Assembly: GCA_002753335.1 (NCBI GenBank)
Contig: PEAD01000014.1
Coordinates: forward strand, 56,550-76,549
Length of the DNA: 20,000 bases
From: Nitrospirae bacterium MYbin3
GTDB taxonomy: Bacteria; Nitrospirota; Thermodesulfovibrionia; Thermodesulfovibrionales; Dissulfurispiraceae
Direction of reading: 5' to 3'
The number at the start of each line of letters is the position of its first letter. Within the stretch, counting starts at the first letter, position 1. The translations under genes and the position numbers were made by a program. Positions 1-9,178 of this stretch are shown in pieces. The notes under the pieces are model-generated. The model was not told where the DNA came from, did no database searches, and saw only the letters and a program-made list of their open reading frames with translations.

Positions 1-543
1 ATAACCCATCCCGAGGTCAAGGTTCGCGTTATCCACACCGGCGTTGGCGGTATCAAGGAATCGGACGTCATGCTGGCTGCAGCATCAAATGCGATAGTTA
101 TCGGATTCAACGTCCGTCCGGAGCTTAAGGCCTCGCAGATAGCAGAGAAGGAGGGCGTTGATCTCAGGCTTTACAATATCATTTATGTGGCTATAGAGGA
201 TGTGAGGAAGGCTCTCGCAGGAATGCTCGAACCGACACTCAAAGAAAAGGTGCTCGGCAGGGCAGAAGTCAGGCAGACGTTCAGTGTTTCGAGGCTTGGA
301 ACTATTGCAGGCTGCTATGTGCTTGACGGCATGATAAGCAGGGCAAGCGAAGGTGTGCGGGTAATAAGAGACAACATTGTTGTGTATGAAGGCAAGCTCG
401 ATTCTTTGAAGCGATTCAAGGAAGATGTGAAGGAAGTCCAAACCGGCTACGAATGCGGAATAATGATCGCCAATTTCAACGATTTGAAGAATGGCGATAT
501 TATCGAAAATTACATAATCGAGAAGATAGCCGCAAAACTCTGA
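1..543 (+). CDS. infB: Translation initiation factor IF-2, C-terminal part (5'-truncated by the window edge)
   Basis: Frame is open from base 1 ([29 protein letters not shown]...). It has typical IF-2 C-terminal motifs IIGFNVRP, GTIAGC, [20 protein letters not shown] and is followed by rbfA. Confidence 0.98.
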   Translation: MTHPEVKVRVIHTGVGGIKESDVMLAAASNAIVIGFNVRPELKASQIAEKEGVDLRLYNIIYVAIEDVRKALAGMLEPTLKEKVLGRAEVRQTFSVSRLGTIAGCYVLDGMISRASEGVRVIRDNIVVYEGKLDSLKRFKEDVKEVQTGYECGIMIANFNDLKNGDIIENYIIEKIAAKL

Positions 544-568
544 TTCAGCCTCACCGAACGAGGGAATT

Positions 569-928
569 ATGCATCCTTATAAAAGATCGCAGCGCCTCAG
601 CATACTGCTCCGCGAAGAAATAGCGGATATCATCATGAGAAGAGTCAAAGATCCCCGCCTAGGTTTTGTAACGGTTACGGATGTAGGCCTTTCGGAAGAC
701 TTGAAAATCGCCAAGGTTTACGTAAGCATACTGAACGAAAATGAGAAGGATTTGACCCTGGAGATATTGAACGGGGCACGAGGCAGCATCAGGTCAGAAG
801 TTGCCAAGCGTGTCAGGACAAAGTTTATTCCTGTCATAGAGTTCAGAATTGACGAATCAGTGGCCACCGGCGAGAGGATAGACAAACTGCTTAGAGAGAT
901 AAAGGAGAAGAGTGAAACCGCCGATTGA
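569..928 (+). CDS. rbfA: 30S ribosome-binding factor A
   Basis: 119 aa with KDPRLGFVTVTDVxLSxDLKIAKVYVS and a PxIxFxxD C-terminal motif, directly after infB. Confidence 0.96.
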   Translation: MHPYKRSQRLSILLREEIADIIMRRVKDPRLGFVTVTDVGLSEDLKIAKVYVSILNENEKDLTLEILNGARGSIRSEVAKRVRTKFIPVIEFRIDESVATGERIDKLLREIKEKSETAD

Positions 929-1886
929 ACTTCTGGATTTTCTTAAAACCGAAGACCGGTTTGTTATTGCAACGCATATAAACCCGGACGGAGACGGCAT
1001 CGGCTCGGCAATTGCGCTTTCTGAAGCGCTTAAACAAATGGGCAAGCGCACACTGCTGCTTTGCAGGGACGCAGTTCCTTACATATGCAAATACCTGCCG
1101 GGCAGCGACAGATTTTTTACATACGAAACCGTAAAAACAGCGGCTGCTGATATATCTTCCTATAAGAATCTTATACTTGTTGACTGCAACCATCCTTCAC
1201 GCACAGGCATGGACAAGGTGAATGATATACCCTTCGATATCCGCAAATCGGCCGTAATAGACCACCATGAAACTGACAGGGACTATGGAGACATCAGATG
1301 GATAAACCGTGAAGCACCGGCAACCGCCATGATGATCTACGACCTTCTGAAAGAGCTTGGTACTCGGATGAGCAAGGATATCGCGGACAATATATATGCC
1401 GGCATACTGGTTGATACCGGCAACTTCAGGCATGACAACACTTCTGCCGAGGTGCTGCGCATCGCCGCAGACCTTGTGGATGCCGGAGCCCAGCCGACCC
1501 AGGCCTACCGGTCACTTTTTGAGTCATGGTCCAACGGACGCTTTCTGCTTTTTATAAAAACCCTAGACACCATGGAAATAAAAGATGGCATTGCAATGGT
1601 CACTATTACTAAGAAGATGTTTGAAGAAACAGGAACCACTGCCGATGACACCGAGAACTTTGTGGAGTTCCCACGCATAATGAAAGATATCAACGTATCT
1701 GTTTTCTTGAGAGAGATGGATTCTGACGGCTATAAAGTAAGCCTAAGATCAAAAGGCGGCTTTAATGTGGCCAAGATCGCTGCCGAGTTCGGCGGCGGGG
1801 GGCATAAGAATGCGGCGGGCTGCACGGTCAAGGGAGATCTTCAGACCGCAAAGAGAGAGATCCTCAGCCGGATAAAAGCGTCGTAA
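912..1886 (+). CDS. nrnA: DHH/DHHA1 family phosphoesterase (NrnA-like oligoribonuclease / pAp phosphatase)
   Basis: HINPDGD, LVDC, IDHH, DTGNF, SLRS and GGGGH motifs. GTG start overlaps the end of rbfA by 17 nt, a common position for this gene. Confidence 0.9.
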   Translation: MKPPIELLDFLKTEDRFVIATHINPDGDGIGSAIALSEALKQMGKRTLLLCRDAVPYICKYLPGSDRFFTYETVKTAAADISSYKNLILVDCNHPSRTGMDKVNDIPFDIRKSAVIDHHETDRDYGDIRWINREAPATAMMIYDLLKELGTRMSKDIADNIYAGILVDTGNFRHDNTSAEVLRIAADLVDAGAQPTQAYRSLFESWSNGRFLLFIKTLDTMEIKDGIAMVTITKKMFEETGTTADDTENFVEFPRIMKDINVSVFLREMDSDGYKVSLRSKGGFNVAKIAAEFGGGGHKNAAGCTVKGDLQTAKREILSRIKAS

Positions 1887-2919
1887 TTTTTTCCTGAACT
1901 TCCTCGGGGGTGATTATCGAGCCTCCGGGCTTTCCATAAAAAAGAACCTCCGATTTTCCATTGACCGCAAGTTTTACATCCTCAACCATCTGGCCTGCGT
2001 TTAGTTCGATCGTCAAGAATCTTCTGTCAGGTCCGGCTAACACCTGAAGCTGTTTTTCTGGAAAAGGAAAGAGCGTTATAGGCCGTAAAAGACCGACTTT
2101 CAAGCCTTCACTCCTCAACTTTTTTATGGCAGAAAAAGCTATGCGGGCCGCTATTCCAAAAGCCACCACGATTAGCTCCGCATCATCTGTGCCGAAAGAG
2201 TCAGAGCGCACCTCATGTTCTTTTAGCTTCTCATATTTTCTCTGGAGCATGTAGTTTCTCTGCTCCAGTTCTCCCTCTCCCAAAAAAAGAGTCTTGATGA
2301 CATTCGGCTCCCTGTCCTTGCAGCCTGTGAGGGCCCAAGGCTTTTCGGGTATGCTGCCTTTGTATGGTGTGGGATTAAAAGGCTCCATCATCTGGCCGAT
2401 TATCGCATCACCTAGGATCATTACAGGGATCCTGTATTCATCAGCCTTATCAAAGGCCAGCATCGTAAGATCCCATAGTTCCTGCACATTGTAAGGCGCA
2501 TAAACGAGAAGCTTGTAGTCTCCGTGGCCTCCGCCTTTCACAGACTGAAAATAGTCGGCCTGGCTTGCTGATATGTTTCCTAATCCAGGACCGCCGCGCT
2601 GCATATTTACTATCACGGAGGGAAGCTCTGCGCCTGCCAGAAAAGAGAGGCCCTCCTGCTTAAGGCTTATGCCCGGGCTGCTTGAAGATGTCATGGCGCG
2701 GGCACCGCAGGCCGCTGCCCCATACACCATGTTTATTGCGGCGGTTTCACTTTCTGCCTGAATGAATACACCATTCACTTCGGGCATACGCCACGACATA
2801 TATTCCGGGATTTCGTTCTGAGGCGTAATGGGGTACCCTGCGTAAAACCTGCATCCGGCCTCCACAGCCGCAGCAGAAATCGCCTCATTCCCCTTCATAA
2901 GGATTTTTTTGTTTTTCAC
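1864..2919 (-). CDS. vorB: 2-oxoacid:ferredoxin oxidoreductase alpha subunit (VorB / 3-methyl-2-oxobutanoate dehydrogenase-like)
   Basis: LMKGNEA, GYPITPQ, QAESE, TSSSSPGISL, QRGGPGLG, ELNAGQM motifs. Start moved from 2967 to the in-frame GTG at 2919 because the upstream part overlaps a promoter-like sequence and precedes the family's N-terminal motif. The exact oxoacid substrate is uncertain. Confidence 0.88.
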   Translation of the reverse strand: MKNKKILMKGNEAISAAAVEAGCRFYAGYPITPQNEIPEYMSWRMPEVNGVFIQAESETAAINMVYGAAACGARAMTSSSSPGISLKQEGLSFLAGAELPSVIVNMQRGGPGLGNISASQADYFQSVKGGGHGDYKLLVYAPYNVQELWDLTMLAFDKADEYRIPVMILGDAIIGQMMEPFNPTPYKGSIPEKPWALTGCKDREPNVIKTLFLGEGELEQRNYMLQRKYEKLKEHEVRSDSFGTDDAELIVVAFGIAARIAFSAIKKLRSEGLKVGLLRPITLFPFPEKQLQVLAGPDRRFLTIELNAGQMVEDVKLAVNGKSEVLFYGKPGGSIITPEEVQEKITTLLSG

Positions 2920-2928
2920 AGCAGTAAA

Positions 2929-2958
2929 ATGATAGCCTAATAAATCGTATTTTTTCAA
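2929..2958 (-). promoter_or_regulatory. Putative sigma70 promoter of vorB (TTGAAA-18 nt-TATCAT)
   Basis: Minus strand reads TTGAAA aaatacgatttattaggc TATCAT tttactgct GTG. Confidence 0.5.
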
Positions 2959-2984
2959 AAGCTCCAAATCTGTTCAGGTGATTT

Positions 2985-3012
2985 TTTACGACGCTGTCAA
3001 ATATGGTAGGAT
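2985..3012 (+). promoter_or_regulatory. Putative promoter of the HDOD operon (TTTACG-16 nt-TAGGAT, with extended TG)
   Basis: TGgTAGGAT at 3004-3012 in the divergent intergenic region. A GAGG Shine-Dalgarno-like sequence precedes ATG 3051. Confidence 0.35.
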
Positions 3013-3050
3013 ATTGCTAGCTACTTGAAACAACTTACAAGAGGATTCGC

Positions 3051-3893
3051 ATGAAGATATCTCAGCAGGACATAGTTCATCTGGTAGAAAAGATGCCAGC
3101 CTTTCCAAAGACCGTTCATAGGGTAATTGAGCTTACGTCTGACATGAACTGTAATCCAAAGGATTTAGTTGAACTTATCGAGCACGACCCTGTAATGGTG
3201 CTGAACATTCTGAGGCTTGTGAATTCGGCTTATTTTGGACTTGCCCAGCCGATAACCTCGGTAAACCATGCGGTGGTTTATATAGGCCTGAATACGGTCA
3301 AGAACGTGGCTTTAAGCACCGCAACCATAGGCGTACTGCCTAAGCGCAATGAAGCAGGCTTTGATATGGAGGCATTCCTTTTGCATTCGCTTGCTACAGC
3401 AACAATAGCCCGGATGATGGCAAAGCGGATGAAGGTTCCGTCCAAGGACCTTTTCGACTATTTTTTGGCCGGACTTATGCACGATTTCGGAAAGATAGTT
3501 TTTGCGAATTTTATGCCGCATGAATTCAAGAATGCGCTCAAGATCGCAAAAGAGAATAATATTCATCTGTATGAGGCCGAGAACGAGATATTCAACATAA
3601 ACCATGCCGAGGTTGGGTCTCTCTTAGGTGAGAAGTGGCAGATGCCCCAGTCGCTCATAGAGTCGCTTAAATGCCACCACAGCCACAAAGAAGGCAATTC
3701 GCAGATAATCGATCTGGTCTCTGCGGCTGACCAGGTCACCAAAGAACTTAAGTTCGGCTACAGTGGAGAAAATCTGCTGGAGGCTTTGCCGAAAATAGTC
3801 ACGAAGCATTTTGGTAAAGATATTAATGCTATTGTGTCTGACCTCGGTGATGTTAATGCAGAGATAGATAATGCAAGAATATTCATTTCTTAA
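3051..3893 (+). CDS. Stand-alone HDOD domain protein (HD-superfamily signalling protein)
   Basis: MPAFP, DPVMVLNILRLVNSAYFG, HSLATA, AGLMHDFGK, HAEVGxxLGEKWQMP, HH: the classic HDOD pattern. Confidence 0.92.
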   Translation: MKISQQDIVHLVEKMPAFPKTVHRVIELTSDMNCNPKDLVELIEHDPVMVLNILRLVNSAYFGLAQPITSVNHAVVYIGLNTVKNVALSTATIGVLPKRNEAGFDMEAFLLHSLATATIARMMAKRMKVPSKDLFDYFLAGLMHDFGKIVFANFMPHEFKNALKIAKENNIHLYEAENEIFNINHAEVGSLLGEKWQMPQSLIESLKCHHSHKEGNSQIIDLVSAADQVTKELKFGYSGENLLEALPKIVTKHFGKDINAIVSDLGDVNAEIDNARIFIS

Positions 3894-3905
3894 TGGGAGG
3901 TTGCT

Positions 3906-4784
3906 GTGAAGGTTAGATTCTGGGGCGTGAGGGGGTCTATAGCTTCTCCGGGGCCCAAGACTGTTAGGTACGGCGGCAACACCACCTGTATAGAGGTTGA
4001 GACTAATTCTGGGGATGTGATAATAATTGATGCAGGAACAGGAATTTTTCCGCTTGCACAGTCTCTGCTCAGAAGGCTTCCGGTAAAGTGTTCGGTTTTT
4101 ATTACGCATACTCATTGGGACCATATTCAGGGGCTGCCTTTTTTTATACCACTTTTTATCCCTAAAAACGAGATAAGCATATACGGCGCGTTTGACCCGG
4201 TGGCTTCACAGCCGATAAAAGACATCTTGAACAGGCAGATGGAATACTGCTATTTCCCTGTTCGTGAAGGCGAGCTTAAGGCCGAGATAACCTACAACAA
4301 TCTGCGCGAGAGGGAAACCATCGAGGTTGGCTCTGCACGAGTTACCCCTATATTGATGAACCATCCTGTGCTTGACTTCGGCTATCTGGTGGAGTGCGAC
4401 GGCAAAAAAATGCTCTTTACAGGAGACAACGAGCCTCTGTACAACATATATTCTCCTGATGACGATTATTACCACGAGTATGAGACGCTTATTGCGATGA
4501 AGAATAAAATGTTTATCGACTTTGTGCGAGGCGTCGATGTTCTGATTGCCGACTCTGCTTATACAACGGAAGAGTATCCTTCTAAAAAAGGCTGGGGCCA
4601 CGGTACTTTCGATTCCTGCATTAAGCTTGCCGCAGAGGCCGGAGTAAAATCTTTATATCTTACGCACCATGAGCCAACGAGAAGCGATGATGCCCTAGAC
4701 GTTATATATCAGGGATTGAAACAGAAATATTCTGAGCCTTTCGAGTTCAGGATAGCTTCCGAAGGTTTGGAAGTAGAGATTTAA
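3906..4784 (+). CDS. Metallo-beta-lactamase-fold hydrolase (RNase Z/PhnP-like phosphodiesterase subgroup)
   Basis: FWGVRGS, YGGNTTC, IDAGTG, THTHWDHIQG (HxHxDH), GD, WGH and THHEP motifs. GGGAGG SD precedes the GTG start. Confidence 0.9.
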   Translation: MKVRFWGVRGSIASPGPKTVRYGGNTTCIEVETNSGDVIIIDAGTGIFPLAQSLLRRLPVKCSVFITHTHWDHIQGLPFFIPLFIPKNEISIYGAFDPVASQPIKDILNRQMEYCYFPVREGELKAEITYNNLRERETIEVGSARVTPILMNHPVLDFGYLVECDGKKMLFTGDNEPLYNIYSPDDDYYHEYETLIAMKNKMFIDFVRGVDVLIADSAYTTEEYPSKKGWGHGTFDSCIKLAAEAGVKSLYLTHHEPTRSDDALDVIYQGLKQKYSEPFEFRIASEGLEVEI

Positions 4785-4791
4785 ACAGCGC

Positions 4792-5910
4792 ATGGATATA
4801 TCAAAGAAAATAACCCAGCTCAATACCCTTATGGAGCTTTCGGGCATAATTAACTCCTCTCTCGATATCGCCGAGATAAGAAAAAGGTCGATCGAGGCTG
4901 CAACGCGAATAGCCGGGGCCGAGGCCGGAAGCCTTTTGTTTTTTGATGAGCATTCCGAGACCCTGAATTTTGATGTTGCGCTGGGCGAAAAGGGCGACCT
5001 GGTTAAAACAGTGCGGCTTGCAAAAGGGCAGGGCATTGCGGGTTGGGTTGCTGAGCACAAAGAGCCGGCGATAGTTAACGATACAAAGAGCGATCCGAGG
5101 TTTTATAAGGGAGCGGATGATAAGAGCGGATTTAGTACAAGGAATATGATATGTCTTCCTATAAGGTCAAAATCCAAACTACTCGGCGTTTTGCAGGCGA
5201 TAAACAAAAAAGATGGAGATTTCGGCCACGACGAACTTGAGCTTTTGACCGCGCTTTCCAATCAGGTCGGGGTTGCCATAGAGAATGCAAAACTTTACGA
5301 AGAGCTTAAGGACACCTTTTTCTCTGCTCTGCATACGCTTGCCGATTCGATAGAAATGAGAGACCCCGATATGAGCGGCCACCCCAAAAGGGTTATGGAA
5401 TATAGCCTTATAATAGGCCGAGAGATGGGGCTTTCGAAAAAAGAAATGATAAATCTAAAACTCGCCGCAATGCTTCATGATATAGGCAAGATAGGCATAA
5501 GGGACAGCGTACTTCTGAAGACCGAGGCTTTGTCATGGGAAGAGCAGAGGGCTATGATGATGCATCCTGTTTATGGAGCTGACATACTGCATTATGTGAA
5601 ACAGCTTCAGGACATTCTTCCTGGAGTGAAGCATCACCATGAGAGATATGACGGATCCGGTTATCCGGATGGGCTGAAGGGAGCAAGCATTCCGCTTATC
5701 GCCCGGGTAATTGCTGTAGCGGATACTTTTGACTCTATGACCTCAAAAAAACCATACAGGAATTATCTTAGGGCTGACAACGCCCTCGATGAGCTCCAGA
5801 CTAATGCGGGCATTCATTTTGATCCGGCTATTGTGGAGGCTTTTGTCAATGCTTACCGCAAGAATGAAGTGGACAAACTCAAGGGCAGCGGCCACCTGCA
5901 CTCATTTTAA
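4792..5910 (+). CDS. GAF domain + HD-GYP cyclic dinucleotide phosphodiesterase
   Basis: N-terminal GAF (GQGIAGWVA...DPRF...GVLQAINKK...F...D, the NKFDE-type signature). C-terminal HDIGK, HP, HHERYDGSGYP and AVADTFD. Confidence 0.92.
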   Translation: MDISKKITQLNTLMELSGIINSSLDIAEIRKRSIEAATRIAGAEAGSLLFFDEHSETLNFDVALGEKGDLVKTVRLAKGQGIAGWVAEHKEPAIVNDTKSDPRFYKGADDKSGFSTRNMICLPIRSKSKLLGVLQAINKKDGDFGHDELELLTALSNQVGVAIENAKLYEELKDTFFSALHTLADSIEMRDPDMSGHPKRVMEYSLIIGREMGLSKKEMINLKLAAMLHDIGKIGIRDSVLLKTEALSWEEQRAMMMHPVYGADILHYVKQLQDILPGVKHHHERYDGSGYPDGLKGASIPLIARVIAVADTFDSMTSKKPYRNYLRADNALDELQTNAGIHFDPAIVEAFVNAYRKNEVDKLKGSGHLHSF

Positions 5911-5914
5911 GACA

Positions 5915-8515
5915 TTACCTGTCCAGCACCTTTCTTATTCTTGCAAGCAGCGTGTCGGGTTCTATGGGTTTGGGTATAAAATCAAAGCCATCTTCCATTA
6001 CCAGCTTTTTTTCCATTACATCATGCGTATATCCGCTCATGAATATTGCTTTTATGTCGGGTCTTATAACCCTAATATCTTCGCAGGCATAACGGCCGTT
6101 CTTTACAGGCATTATTACATCTAAAAGTAGCAGGCTTATTGAATCTCTGTTCTCTTTGAATTTGTTTACAGCGTCTTCTCCATTTTCGGCTTCGATTGTT
6201 TTGTAGCCGTTTGAATGAAGGCATATACTTATTGTTTTCCTGACATTGGCATCATCATCCGCTATCAGTATGGTCTCGCCTTTTCCTGACACAATAGGCT
6301 GATCAGTCTCGGACTTTTTTTCTTCTGCTTTTGTGTTGAGCATAGGAAGATATATTCTGAAAGTCGTGCCCCTGGCTAATTCACTATCTACAATGATGTT
6401 GCCGCCATGCTGTTTGACTATCCCGTAGACTATCGCCAATCCAAGGCCGGTGCCTTTGCCGACCTCTTTTGTTGTAAAGAAAGGCTCGAATATGTTTTCC
6501 CTTGTGCTTAGGTCCATACCGGTACCGGTGTCTGATACCGTAAGCACGGCATGCATGCCTTTGTTCTCAAAAAGGTGCTTCTCTGCATAGCTGCTGTCAA
6601 TATTTACCGCATCAGAGCTGATGGTCAACTGTCCGCCGTTAGGCATTGCGTCACGAGCATTTGTTACAAGGTTCACCAGTATCTGATCTATCTGTCCTGC
6701 ATCAACCATGACCATAAGCTCTCTGTCGCTCAGGTTTGTGCTAATACAAATATCTTCGCCTATGATTCTTGCAAGCAGCTTATGTGTTTTTCTGATCAGT
6801 TCATTGAGGTCAGCCGGGTTTAGAATTATGCTCTGCTTTCTGCTGAAGGCAAGGAGGCCCTGAGTAAGTTCTGCAGCCCGCTTTGCACCGACAAGTATAT
6901 CGTTTATAAGCTCTTGCGAAGTCGGATCTTCGCTCAGCCTCTTTTTTGCTATGGTACCAAACCCTATAATTGCTGTCAGTATGTTATTAAAATCATGCGC
7001 TATGCCTCCGGCAAGGGTTCCTATCGCCTCGATTTTCTGTGACTGCCGGAGCTGTTCTTCGAGCTTCTTCTGAGGTGTAATGTCACTGCCTATGCTAAGA
7101 ATCTCGCTGACTGCACCCTGTTCATATTGTACAACCTTATTTGTCCAGGCGATCCATACACGCTCACCATTTCGGCGTATGTTCTCGTTGATGTTGCTTT
7201 CAAAGGCTTTGGGATTGACGAGAATCTGCTCCATCAGCGGCCTCATATCCCTTCCGGTGCTTTCTGTTTCAGGCACTATTGTGTCAACAACATGTCTGCC
7301 TATAAGCTCTTCTTCAGTATAGCCGAAAAACTTTTGGCCAAATTCGTTCATGAAAATAATGATTCCCTCACGATTCCATCTAAGTATGATGCTGTTTGCG
7401 TTTTCGACCAGTTCGCGGTATTTGTTTTCATTTCTCACCAATGCCTGCTGTTGTGCATCCATGCTGGTTAGCATATTATTGAAGCTTTTTGCCAGAAGAC
7501 CTATTTCGTCATGTGTAGAAATATTGCAGTAGCGGTCTTTGTCTTTTTTTTGGGACAGTGTACTCATATGGACGGATATGGTTGTGATTGGAGCCAATAG
7601 CCGCGCCACACTAAAGCGGACCAGCAGGATAATAAGCGATATTGAGATTACGGTGCCCCAGATATAGAGCTTTTCGGCTGTATAGATAGTTTCATAAGCC
7701 TCGCTGACAGGATAATTTGCGGCAAGAATCCAGTTGGTTGTTTTAAGAGCTTTAAATGAAGCCAGCGCGTGCAGACCCCGGGAATTTACGGTCTCGCCTG
7801 TTCCTTCAAAACCTTCTATCGCCTTGTCAAAAAGTTTATTCACTCCTATAGGCACATCTTTTTGCATTATTCGGTTTTCGTCAGGATGGATGATCATGGT
7901 TCTGTTTTTGCTGTACAGATACAAATAGCCTGACTTCCCAACCTTTATGTGGCCCAACTCGCCAAGAAAATTGTGCTGCATCAAATCAAGGCTTCCTCCA
8001 AGTATCGCAAACAGCCTGCCGTTTTCATCATAGAGAGGCTTGGTCATCATTATTGCAGGTTTCTTTGATCTTGATGAAGGATATGGATCTGATATGTGCG
8101 GCTTTTGCTCAGCTATAGTTTTCTTTAGATAGTCTCTAAACGAAAAATCCATGCCTCTTCGGTTAGGCAGATAAGGGCTTTCTGCAATGAGCCGGCCTTC
8201 AGGAGAAAAGATAAAAATAGCGTTGTCAAATATATTAAGCAGCGCACGCTCTTTATCGAGGTAGGCTTGGGCTTTGTTGCTGTCCCTGACCATTTCTTTG
8301 GTGATCTCAGCCCCTTCATTTATAAGCACTTTATGTGCAAGAGTGAGTTTGTCATCTATGGAAGAGGCTATAGAAGATACGAGCGAAAACTGACTGCTAG
8401 CAATCTTTTCACGCAGCTCTTTTTTCATATGTGAGAGAGTCAGGTAGCTTGCAACTACCACAAGCAGGCTGAATAAAAGCGATAATATAATGGTTGTTTT
8501 TGTTTTAATGCTCAT
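5915..8515 (-). CDS. Membrane-bound hybrid sensor histidine kinase (TM-dCache-TM-HAMP-PAS-HisKA-HATPase-REC)
   Basis: Two hydrophobic segments flank a Cache-like region. HAMP ([13 protein letters not shown]), PAS (N...[11 protein letters not shown]), H-box [11 protein letters not shown]-box [30 protein letters not shown] and receiver ADDD...LLDVIMP...SG...KP are all present. Confidence 0.95.
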   Translation of the reverse strand: MSIKTKTTIILSLLFSLLVVVASYLTLSHMKKELREKIASSQFSLVSSIASSIDDKLTLAHKVLINEGAEITKEMVRDSNKAQAYLDKERALLNIFDNAIFIFSPEGRLIAESPYLPNRRGMDFSFRDYLKKTIAEQKPHISDPYPSSRSKKPAIMMTKPLYDENGRLFAILGGSLDLMQHNFLGELGHIKVGKSGYLYLYSKNRTMIIHPDENRIMQKDVPIGVNKLFDKAIEGFEGTGETVNSRGLHALASFKALKTTNWILAANYPVSEAYETIYTAEKLYIWGTVISISLIILLVRFSVARLLAPITTISVHMSTLSQKKDKDRYCNISTHDEIGLLAKSFNNMLTSMDAQQQALVRNENKYRELVENANSIILRWNREGIIIFMNEFGQKFFGYTEEELIGRHVVDTIVPETESTGRDMRPLMEQILVNPKAFESNINENIRRNGERVWIAWTNKVVQYEQGAVSEILSIGSDITPQKKLEEQLRQSQKIEAIGTLAGGIAHDFNNILTAIIGFGTIAKKRLSEDPTSQELINDILVGAKRAAELTQGLLAFSRKQSIILNPADLNELIRKTHKLLARIIGEDICISTNLSDRELMVMVDAGQIDQILVNLVTNARDAMPNGGQLTISSDAVNIDSSYAEKHLFENKGMHAVLTVSDTGTGMDLSTRENIFEPFFTTKEVGKGTGLGLAIVYGIVKQHGGNIIVDSELARGTTFRIYLPMLNTKAEEKKSETDQPIVSGKGETILIADDDANVRKTISICLHSNGYKTIEAENGEDAVNKFKENRDSISLLLLDVIMPVKNGRYACEDIRVIRPDIKAIFMSGYTHDVMEKKLVMEDGFDFIPKPIEPDTLLARIRKVLDR

Positions 8516-8538
8516 AAATATTCTCTACGCAGGATTTT

Positions 8539-9174
8539 CTAAGCAAATCCCGATTTTTTCAGCGCAGACATCAAAGAAGAATCGCCTTCAGGCTTCAGGA
8601 ATTTTGCCACATATTTGGCTAGTATGTCAGGCTCAAGGTTAACGGTGTCGCCTGCATTCTTAAAGCCGATGGTGGTTATCTGGGCGGTGTGTGGAATTAT
8701 GACTATCGTGAAAGAGTCCCGCAGCACATCCACGACTGTCAGACTGATCCCGTCAACCGCTACCGAGCCTTTATCAACGAGATATTTCAATATGCCCTGA
8801 GGCGCTTCTATCTCTATCTTCATTGCATTGCCGGTTTTTGTCTTCGAGCGGATTTTGCCTACCCCGTCAATGTGTCCGGTCACAAAATGGCCGCCCATCT
8901 TGCTTGTAGGCCTAAGTGAGGATTCAAGGTTTACCTTGTCGCCTATTTTCAGGCTGCCCAAATTAGTGCTTTTAAGGGTTTCGGATGAGGCGTCGAAAGA
9001 CAGGACACTGTCCTTAATCGCCACAACTGTTAAGCAGATGCCGTTTGTTGCTATGCTGTCTCCTATGGCTGCATCTTTATGCAGGCTGCTGCATTTTACC
9101 GAAAGCCGGGCGCCATCGGTTCCCTGCTTGATCGAAGCAATCTCTCCGAGTTCCTCTATAAGTCCGGTAAACAT
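8539..9174 (-). CDS. ribE: Riboflavin synthase (alpha chain; RibE, called RibC in E. coli)
   Basis: Diagnostic MFTGLIEE N-terminus, GDSIAxNGICLTV, GGHFVTGHIDG, KGSVAVDGISLTV, IPHT and VNLE. Confidence 0.97.
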   Translation of the reverse strand: MFTGLIEELGEIASIKQGTDGARLSVKCSSLHKDAAIGDSIATNGICLTVVAIKDSVLSFDASSETLKSTNLGSLKIGDKVNLESSLRPTSKMGGHFVTGHIDGVGKIRSKTKTGNAMKIEIEAPQGILKYLVDKGSVAVDGISLTVVDVLRDSFTIVIIPHTAQITTIGFKNAGDTVNLEPDILAKYVAKFLKPEGDSSLMSALKKSGFA

Positions 9175-9178
9175 CGTA

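Noticed and set aside
3004..3018. Sigma54-like TGG...TTGC motif upstream of the HDOD gene
   Set aside because: GG and GC are separated by 9 nt (TAGGATATT) rather than the strict 10 nt required.
9175..9178. FMN riboswitch before ribE (and THF/ZTP riboswitches before folE or folD)
   Set aside because: The spacers are 4 nt, overlapping and 22 nt respectively, too short for an aptamer.
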